Of a stretch of 64,000 bases of DNA, positions 48,363 through 64,000 are shown piece after piece (the stretch's first letter is position 1; every line of letters starts with the position of its first letter). The notes beneath the pieces were generated by a model. The model had not been told where the DNA came from. It was given only the letters and a program-made list of their open reading frames with translations, and did not search any database. Origin of the DNA: the human T2T-CHM13v2.0 reference genome, Homo sapiens; NCBI RefSeq assembly GCF_009914755.1, contig NC_060926.1, one strand, 5' to 3'. The position numbers and the translations under genes were made by a program.

Positions 48363-49854
48363 CTGTCCTTGCTTTTTTCTCTCTGCAGATATCCTAAAAG
48401 TTTTTTTCTAAGCCAAGGAGCACTAGAAAGCTTTTGGAGGTGATGAATATGTTTATTACCTTGATTGTGGTGATGGTATCACAGGTGCATGCATATGTCC
48501 AAATTCATCAAATTGTGCACATTAAATATTTGCAGTTTTTTATATATCAATTTCACCTTAATAAAGTTGTAAAAAAGATCTGAATATGGAAGGAAACATT
48601 TTCCTTCCTGTGCCAGTGAGTAGGGGTTATATTTTTATATATTGTCATTTCCAAATCTGCCTCCTGAGCTGCAATGCTCCTGAGGGTGCTGGCCTCATCC
48701 TCAGGCTCTGATGGTGTACTCTGCCCATCACCACACATAACACCTTGGGTCCAGAGACCTAGCAGTTATTACTACCTGTGGGATGGCCAGGGATGTCCTC
48801 GGGTAGGGGAGAGATGTGGGGAGGATGAATGGGGGGGGATAAAATTATACCCACATTCAGATGGGGAATTGAGGCTTAGCAAGACGAAGTCATGTATGTG
48901 TCCAGAGCATACAGCTTTGAAGCCAGGTAAGGATTCCATGCTAAATTATGCTAAAAGGCGTAGGGTCAGCTTGACAAGTTCAAGCTGAATGTGTCCAACT
49001 GCTTTCCTTGCAAATTTACTGTGATTCTGTAGAAAACATTGTTTTTTCAAATTATGGGCTGCAATTCATTACTGAGTGATTAAATCAATCCAATGATAAG
49101 TTTTAGGAGAATACAATAGAAAACAACAGATCGCATTGGCACCATTCTTTAAAGTATTGCCCCTGAAAGTTGTTTGTTATTCACATACACACGTGTTTGA
49201 TTGAGGTGTGCACCACATCTCTGGCGACAGATAGCAGTCAACAGAGTCTGAAATCACTGTGAGGAGAATTAGGCTTTAAATATTTGTGAAGTTAAGAGAA
49301 TTTTTAAAATGTTACCTTTGTGGGTAACTTGTGATGTCCAATGAGCCAGCCCTTAAAAATTTCCCTCTGTTCCTTTGTCCTAAGAGCATGAGGTGAAAGA
49401 GGCTGCTTTATTTACTCTATCTTGGAAGGCATTAATGCCAGCCTGCTCTGGCAACCAGATCTGCTCCAGCCCTCCAACACACAGGCCTGAGGATTCCTCT
49501 AGTATACCTGAATCTTTCCTAAGGAATTGGCAATATTAGAAACAGGAGTCATCCTTACCAAACATCCCATCCCAAAGACCTCCCATATCCTGATCCTCAA
49601 TGTACCAAGAAATGCTTCCATCTTTCCAACGGCCAACCACACCTTCCCTCTTCCCTCCACACCCAAGGAATCCTGTATCCACTATCTCATTTCATCCCTC
49701 CCTAATCTCAGCCTGCTTCACACGGGACAGTCCATTTTAGCTGGAGAAGAGAATATAATATGACGCCTTTTTAAGGGTAGTAAGTAAAGCAGAGTGATTG
49801 AGAAAGAAAAGAAAATTCACAGTGTGCAAGGAACTGGACATTTGCATGATATCT

Positions 49855-50335
49855 ACAGCACTGTTTCTTAGACCTTAATGTGCATGCAGATCATTTGGGG
49901 ATCATGTTAAATGCAGATTCTGACTCAGTAGGCCTGGGCCTGACATTCCATATTTCTAGGTTCCCTGGTGATGCTGATGCTGCTGGTTCACAGAGCACAC
50001 TTTAAGTAGCAAGCGTCTGTTTGCACAGGGGCTGGCACAGAGTGGGCACTCAAACATATTTACTTAATTGAATTAAATTGTAGAGGAATTTGGGCTTTAT
50101 GCCAGGACTCATCAGCAAGAAGAAGTGTGCTAAGGTAAAGCAATCAGCTAAACCACCAGCTCATAATCCCAGAATCACAAAAATTCACCCAGGGAGTCAT
50201 TTAAAAATTCCAGTGCTTAGGACCCCGTCTTCAGAGATGCTGATTTAATTAGCCTGGGGTGAAGACTGGACAACCAACATGTTAAAAATATTTCTAAGTG
50301 ATCCCAATATGCAGCCAGGTTAGGGAAACACTGAA
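49855..50335. mobile_element. Two MER5-type MITEs with L2 fragments
   Basis: gttaaatgcagattctgactcagtaggcctggg...ccctggtgatgctgatgctgctgg; second copy at ~50180-50335. Confidence 0.65.
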
Positions 50336-51914
50336 TTCAGTGAAACTGTGTCGTTGCCTTCTATGTGTCAGGCATTGAACTCTGAGCAAGGCACTGAAAG
50401 TACAGAGCTGACTGAGACCAGGTTTCTGCCCTCAGCAAACTAATAGGGGAAATAGGTCCACACGTGACTCCAAAGCAAAAAAGCGCTACAGTATACTTAT
50501 GAAAACTGTTTTGGGAATACAGATGAGGGAGGAACTGATTCAGCCTGAAGGAAGTGGGAGGAAAAAAGGCCAGTGACCAAGAGTGAAGACATTTGGATTT
50601 TAAAGGATGGCTGGGGGTTGCCAGGCAGATATGTTCTGTTCTTCCAACTCTCTGTTCTTCCCCATTATTGGCCAGGTAAATAATGCTTGACCAGGACTCA
50701 GGCTCCCAAATTCTGTACTAGCTGCCTCCTGCTGCCACAGGTTTATGACAAAGATCTGTCCACAGGGAATAAGGTCAATCCAATGAATATCCTTTTTTAC
50801 CAGCTGGGGATATTTGTAAGGCCATGTACACGCTGTTAGTGTGCTGTCTGAGTCAGAGTGCAGTCAGGAAAACAGCCCACATCAGATATTCGATACAGTG
50901 AAATTAATGGGGAACTAATTATTTGATAGAGTTGCTGAAAATCCAAACAAAGAATCATAAAGCAACACAGATATTAGCAAATGCAGCATGCCCAAAAGCT
51001 CAAGGGATGCAAGGAGGTGATGGGATTAATAAAACCCAGGGGTCAGAGATGTCTGACAGGAGCTGGAATCACAACAGAGACTGCAGAGAGGGAGCTGGAC
51101 TGACCAAGGAGATGGAGCCATTTCCAATAACACGAGAATGACACCCAAGGGGGAGGCCAGAGGGAGACAGCTGCCTTTCCCTTCCTTCTGCTCCACAGTC
51201 TCCCATTAATGCATCCCATTGGCTAAATCCAGCCAGAAGACAGTTGACAAAGAAGCCTAGGTGATATAGTTTTCAGGAGTTGGCCTCTGAAGGGTAGGGA
51301 GTGAATCTGGGTGTTTGTAAGCTTAACTCATGTATTCTAGATATCTGGCTGAAGGCTTACACCAAAAGTGGACTGAGTAATTTCCTTGTCCCTCTCCCCT
51401 ACACCTAAAACTTTATCTTGGCCCAGAGTAGAACTTATCATCTGGTGTACTGGAGACACTTGGGTCAGAATCCCCAAGCAGGGCACCTCAAGCTACAAGT
51501 GGATTTTTTCATTTACCCTAGGATGCTAGACAAATATATATGATCTGTGTGCCACGGAGTAAACACATTTCAGAAGCAATACTATAAGAACAGGCAAAGA
51601 AAGAGGGATTAGAGGAAACTCACATCTAGGAAGCTTCTCCTTGAGCAGAGTGAGCGTCAACCGCCCAAAGTGAGGAGTTCCAAGATGAGGCAGTTCCAGA
51701 CTCAACCAATAGTACTAGCAAAAAGAAAAGCAATCAAAGAAGACAGCCACTATCGAAGGAGAGAAATGTGATTAAAATCCATTTTCTTCACATAATCCTG
51801 ATGAAGGATGACTTAAAATAAAACCAAAAGTTTCCAAGCATCAGGTTTTGATATAAATAACAGGGCTCTGTAGAATGTTCTGTATCATAAACAATTGTTT
51901 CTTTCAGTTCCTAT

Positions 51915-52327
51915 TGTCAGGCCTCTGAGCCCAAGCTAAGCCATTATATCCCCTGTGACCTGCACGTACACATCCAGATCTCCGGTTCCTGCCTTAACTG
52001 ATGACATTCCACCACAAAAGAAGTGAAAATGGCCTGTTCCTGCCTTACCTGATGACATTGTCTTGTGAAATTCCTTCTCCTGGCTCATCCTGGCTCAAAA
52101 GCTCCCCCACTGAGTACCTTGTGACCCCCACTCTGCCTGCCAGAGAACAACCCCCCTTTGACTGTAATTTTCCTTTACCTACCCAAATCCTATAAAATGG
52201 CCCCACCCCTATCTCCCTTCGCTGTCTCTCTTTTGGGACTCAGCCCGCCTGCACCCAGGTGAAATAAACAGCCATGTTGCTCACACAAAGCCTGTATGGT
52301 GGTCTCTTCACACGGACGCGCATGAAA
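51915..52327 (+). mobile_element. LTR7 (HERV-H) solo LTR
   Basis: tgtcaggcctctgagcccaagctaagcc ... cacacggacgcgcatgaaa; TATA 52191-52197; AATAAA 52263-52268; perfect 5-bp TSD cctat. Confidence 0.96.
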
Positions 52328-52332
52328 CCTAT

Positions 52333-59903
<7,571 letters not shown>

Positions 59904-60254
59904 TGATAGATGCAGGGGGAGGATAAGAGGGAGGGTCCCCAGAGAACTTCCCGCTGGCCTGTGCACTGGGAGAACCGGGTGGAGCCGGGGGAATTTTGGG
60001 CCGTTTGCAGCCAGGAGAAGCCTGGACTCTTCAGTTTCTGTGTGGTGGCCTGGGATTCAATCTGTGAGGTGGTGGGCCTGTTAGCAGGACTCCATCTCGC
60101 TTTGCTGAGTTTTTTTTTTTTTTTCTTTTTTTCCCCTTTTTGCCCAATAAAATCCTGCTCTACTCACCCTTCCATGTGTCCGCGTGCCTAAATTTTTCTG
60201 GTCGTGTGACAAGAATCCAGTTTTAGTTGAACTAAGGAGCAAAGTTCTGCAACA
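59904..60254 (+). mobile_element. ERV1 5' LTR (MER61-like)
   Basis: TG...CA termini, 351 bp, AATAAA at ~60146, immediately followed by a PBS. Confidence 0.8.
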
Positions 60255-60257
60255 TTT

Positions 60258-60276
60258 TGGCGCCCAGACGTGGGGC
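60258..60276 (+). other. Retroviral primer-binding site, tRNA-Lys(CUU)-like
   Basis: tggcgcccagacgtggggc versus TGGCGCCCAACGTGGGGC (one extra G), 3 nt after the LTR end. Confidence 0.8.
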
Positions 60277-61402
60277 TTGAGGAGGGGTAAGATGTGAACC
60301 AAAAATTCTTTTTCCCTTTCACTTCTAAGCCTTTTTGTCCTCAGACTTCTTCTGAGGTAGAGGAAGCTGTGCAGGAGCCCACCCCAATGGCTGCAGGCTC
60401 GAGGGATGAATGGGCAAACGGGGACTCCCCTGCCTTGCTCCCGGCCAGGGCTAGGAACCCGTTTGTATAAGAATAAGAGGTTCTTCCCCCAGGCATCTTT
60501 CCAACTCTGCACTTTAAACTTTTTTTTTCCTTTTCTCTACACTGTCAGCAGTACACTTTTAAGTGAGAGGGGTTTTTTTTTTGTTTTTTTCTTCCTTTTC
60601 GAAGATGTTTTACTAGGCCAGGAATGAGAAGGATCACTGTTTATAGTCTCTGCAAAGTTTTGATTATGAAAAAGGATTTGTGAGGTTGGTCTTAAGGTGT
60701 AGCCAATCTGGTGTGCTTTGCACGCCTATGTGAATTGTCTGTAGCAAACTTTGCTGAAGGCTTCCATCTTGCTTTATGCCCTTGGAAGCTGGCCTGTAAC
60801 CACGTGGCAATGCTTTGTTTAGCCTCTGCCATTTTACAGTGTAGCCGGGGTTCAATCCTGGCTTAGAGACTCAGTACTTTAAGGTTGATACCTGTGTGAC
60901 TTTTGCCATTTGCTGACTCTCTTCTTCTCCATGAACAACGTCTAGGCTTTTTCTTAAATCTTCCTTTCTCTGGGTCATCTTTAAAGGTTCTAAATTTTGT
61001 GAGAACTGCTTACCCCGTTTGAAAATACCTCATATACTCACGGTTAAATCATAGTCTTAATTGAGGCTTGTTGGTTTCACCTGCAAGGTTACTTTCAGTA
61101 AGATTTGAAAGCCAGAAATATTGGCCACTTGGCAGGGCTAAAGTCAGGTAATAAGGGAGTTAAAGGGATTTTCTTAAAGAGTGCTCAGCTTAATTAAAAG
61201 TGGATATCCTAGTTATAGGTATATTTAAAAGGCCTTTATGTTTTTCTTTTCTTGGATCTTGTTTTGCTGGAAACGGGTTTTTTCTCAGTTGACTAAATTC
61301 TTTTTCTCCATTTTCTCTTGCTACTCTCATTATATATGCATCGTGTGTGTAATGTCTATAAAAAGACCTCTAATTAATTGGCCTAAAGGAAGATCAGTGC
61401 TT

Positions 61403-61915
61403 TGCCGAGACCAGCTCGGTCGGGGAGACCCTAACCCAGCAGCGCTAGAAGAATTAAAGACACACACAAAGAAATATAGAGGTGTGAAGTGGGAAATCAG
61501 GGGTCTCACAGCCTTCAGAGCTGAGAGCCCCGAACAAAGATTTACCCACATATTTATTAACAGCAAACCAGTCATTAGCATTGTTTCTATAGATATTAAA
61601 TTAACTAAAAGTATCCCTTATGGGAAACGAAGGGATGGGCCAAATTAAAGGAATAGGTTGGGCTAGCTAACTGCAGCAGGAGCATGTCCTTAAGGCACAG
61701 ATCACTCGTGCTATTGTTTGTCACTTAAGAATGCCTTTAAGCTGTTTTCCACCCTGGGCGGGCCAGGTGTTCCTTGCACTCATTCCCATAAACTCACGAT
61801 CTTCCAGCATGGGCTTTATGGCCATCATGAACATGTCACAGTGCTGCAGAGATTTTGTTTATGGACAGTTTTGGGGCCAGTTTATGGCCAGATTTTGGGG
61901 GGCTTGTTCCCAACA
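61403..61915 (-). mobile_element. MER9 solo LTR (ERVK, HERVK9) nested in the ERV1 internal region
   Basis: Reverse complement begins tgttgggaacaagccccccaaaatctggccataaactggccccaaaac; 513 bp; perfect 6-bp TSD gtgctt. Confidence 0.94.
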
Positions 61916-63623
61916 GTGCTTGGATCAAATATTTTTTAAAGGGAAAATAAAAGCTGTGGTACCTTTTAGTTCACATGACTTTAATCTTTGAGAAATAAAA
62001 ACAGCCTTAAAAATTATTGGTGAAATGCAGATGTCCTCAAAATGTAAATAGGTGAACTAAATTATGCAGGTCAGATACTAAGTTTGCTAAATGTTTTAAG
62101 GTTATAAACTGCCTTTTTGGTTTTTGAGAACTGTTTGACTTGCCTGCTTCACAATTGGTAAGGCCTGGGAACATATGGAATTAACCATGCCCTTAATTAT
62201 GCTGGAAGCAGTCAAACCTTGGCTGCACCCAGCACATAATTAAATTACTAGGTTTTGCATTAAAGTTAAAAATCGCTAAGAATGACCATTATAACATGAA
62301 ATTGAAAGTACTGGAAATAGATTTACATGTGAGGTGCATAAGAACAGTAAGATGTGTTTTTAGTAAAAGATTGTACAAAAGCATGGAAATGTAAATCCTT
62401 GCCTAGGGTTAAAGGATGATTTTTGAATTAGATAAGATAAAGCTGAAGGTTTAAACAAATAATGGAAGGATTGTAAAAATTAATCTTGCAAAAATTCCAT
62501 GTGTGAATATATTGACTAAATTCAAAAGGGTATTATATGATTTTTCTGTAAATTGAGCATTGAAATAAAAGCACAGCAAGGTACTCTTAAGGCACTAATA
62601 TTCTCTTTAGCAAAATTTGTTAGGGTTATAAAAGGTTTTTGTTTTTTAAACTTCTGAGTCATCATTTTGGCAAAATAAGTAACATGGTAATCTGGAATTC
62701 TATTTCATAACATCAAGTGTTTTAAACTTCTAACATATTTTAACAGACTTCCTAAAATCAAACTTCAGTTTCAAAATTGTCTTTCCTGATGCCTGACATT
62801 TGGATGCTACAGAGGGCCCCTGGAGTATCCAAAAGAGAGGTAAACAGGATTATTTGACATGTTTAGTTACATGGGATTGCCAAAATGGTGTTCAATCTTC
62901 TTTAGGTTATATTTTGGTGAATAATACTAATATATATTCCAAAGTTGTATGGGATTTCTAAAATTCTAATATCTAAAGTATATGCTAAATCATAATTAAG
63001 GTGGTTATGTTATTTTAAACCACAGACATTACCAAACATTTTTGCCAATTGTGTTTCTGACTGTAACTACCCTGGACATTTTGTTATTCACAATTGTTGT
63101 CTTGTTTTGATCCTTTTCAAAGTATGGACTATATTAAGCTATAGGACTCTGACAGGTGCTTTCAAATACAGGTTTCTCATAACCTTGGAGACTGTGACAT
63201 TGGAATAAAGGAAAAACATATAGGATTCATTTAGAGCTGAAATGTTCACCAATATCAAGCAAAGCAAGAGCTACTGGATGGACTGAACTAATAGAAAATT
63301 GAAGAAATCTTTTTGACTGTGCTTGGAACATGCTAATCCTTATTTTGTTTTTCAGAGCCAAGGAAGCTTATTTTCAGCTATTTATGGTCTTTAATAATTG
63401 AGAAAGCTATACTCCTGTGAACAAAATTTGGAGCATGTTTGTTTCTCTCTGCCTGGTTCCTCTAGAATTTGGAAACTATCTGTGAGTATTCTTGGCTTAT
63501 GGCAATATAGTTGTTTGCATCAGTGCAGTAAGAATCCATTTTCTTTTGCAACAGGTTGCAATTGAAGAAACTGGTTGTTTTACCAAGGCTTAGACTAGAA
63601 AGGTATGCTTCCCTTTAAGGAGT

Positions 63624-63995
63624 TGTATTAGTCTGTTTTAATGCTGCTGATAAGGACATACCTGAGACTAGGCAATTTACAAAAGAAAGAGATTTAATTG
63701 GACTTAACAGTTCCATATGGCTGGGGAAGCCTCAAAATCACAGTGGAAGGCAAGGAGGAGCAAGTCCTTTCTTACATGGATGGCAGCAGTCAAAGAGAGA
63801 ATGAGGAAGATGTAAAAGTGGAAACCCCTGATAAAACCATCAAATCTCGTGAGACTCATTCATTACCACAGAATAGTATGGGGGAACCACCCCCATGATT
63901 CAGTGATCTCCCAGCAAGTCCCTCCCACAACACATGGGAATTATGGGAGTACAATTCAAGATGAGAATTGGGGGACACAGAGCCAAATCATATCA
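63624..63995 (-). mobile_element. THE1 solo LTR nested in the ERV1 internal region
   Basis: tgtattagtctgttttaatgctgctgataaggacatacc ... ccaaatcatatca; TSD ggagt/gaagt. Confidence 0.92.
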
Positions 63996-64000
63996 GAAGT

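Larger units (their letters stand above)
60255..64000 (+). mobile_element. ERV1 (MER4-group/MER61-int-like) non-coding internal region, continuing beyond the window
   Basis: Follows the LTR and PBS; GG|gtaaga leader splice donor at 60286/60287; AT-rich with no gag/pol ORF. Confidence 0.75.

Noticed and set aside
51505-51825. Acceptor-like ccctag followed by a protein-looking frame (DARQIYMICVPRSKH...KKKAIKEDSHYRRREM*) and poly(A) signals; possible fossil terminal exon
   Set aside because: Four internal stops in ~83 codons is about random expectation and I recognise no homologue; a tBLASTn hit would be needed to revive it.
60258-60276. tRNA-like sequence as a tRNA gene
   Set aside because: Only the complement of the tRNA 3' end is present, directly after an LTR, so it is a PBS.

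Overview
This is primate DNA, almost certainly human. Positions 146 to ~28,820 (+ strand) hold all the coding exons of CNGA3, the cone cGMP-gated channel alpha subunit; the non-coding exon 1 lies upstream of the window. The CDS join(183-283, 7894-8007, 10392-10571, 13605-13658, 19875-19991, 22081-22187, 26061-27472) is 2085 nt, encodes 694 aa, and every intron is GT-AG. There is also an optional in-frame 165-nt exon at 8265-8429 and a poly(A) signal at 28795-28800. The remaining ~35 kb is intergenic and mostly layered transposon fossils: L1, Alu, MIR/L2, hAT DNA transposons, MaLR LTRs, solo MER11, LTR7 and MER9 LTRs, and the 5' part of an ERV1 provirus with a Lys-type primer-binding site. The most notable extra observations are: (1) an in-phase Lys/Glu-rich fossil exon in intron 5; (2) N-terminal exons that are all symmetric phase-2 cassettes; (3) a degenerate ~70-100-nt tandem array in intron 6 containing AG|GT dual splice sites; (4) a possible LTR-derived terminal exon in the last intron; (5) an ATG-TGA start-stop element in the 5' UTR; (6) a solo LTR7 with the ACAAAAGA block. 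I found no convincing new protein-coding system. Repeat subfamily names come from recall of consensus sequences, not from a database search.
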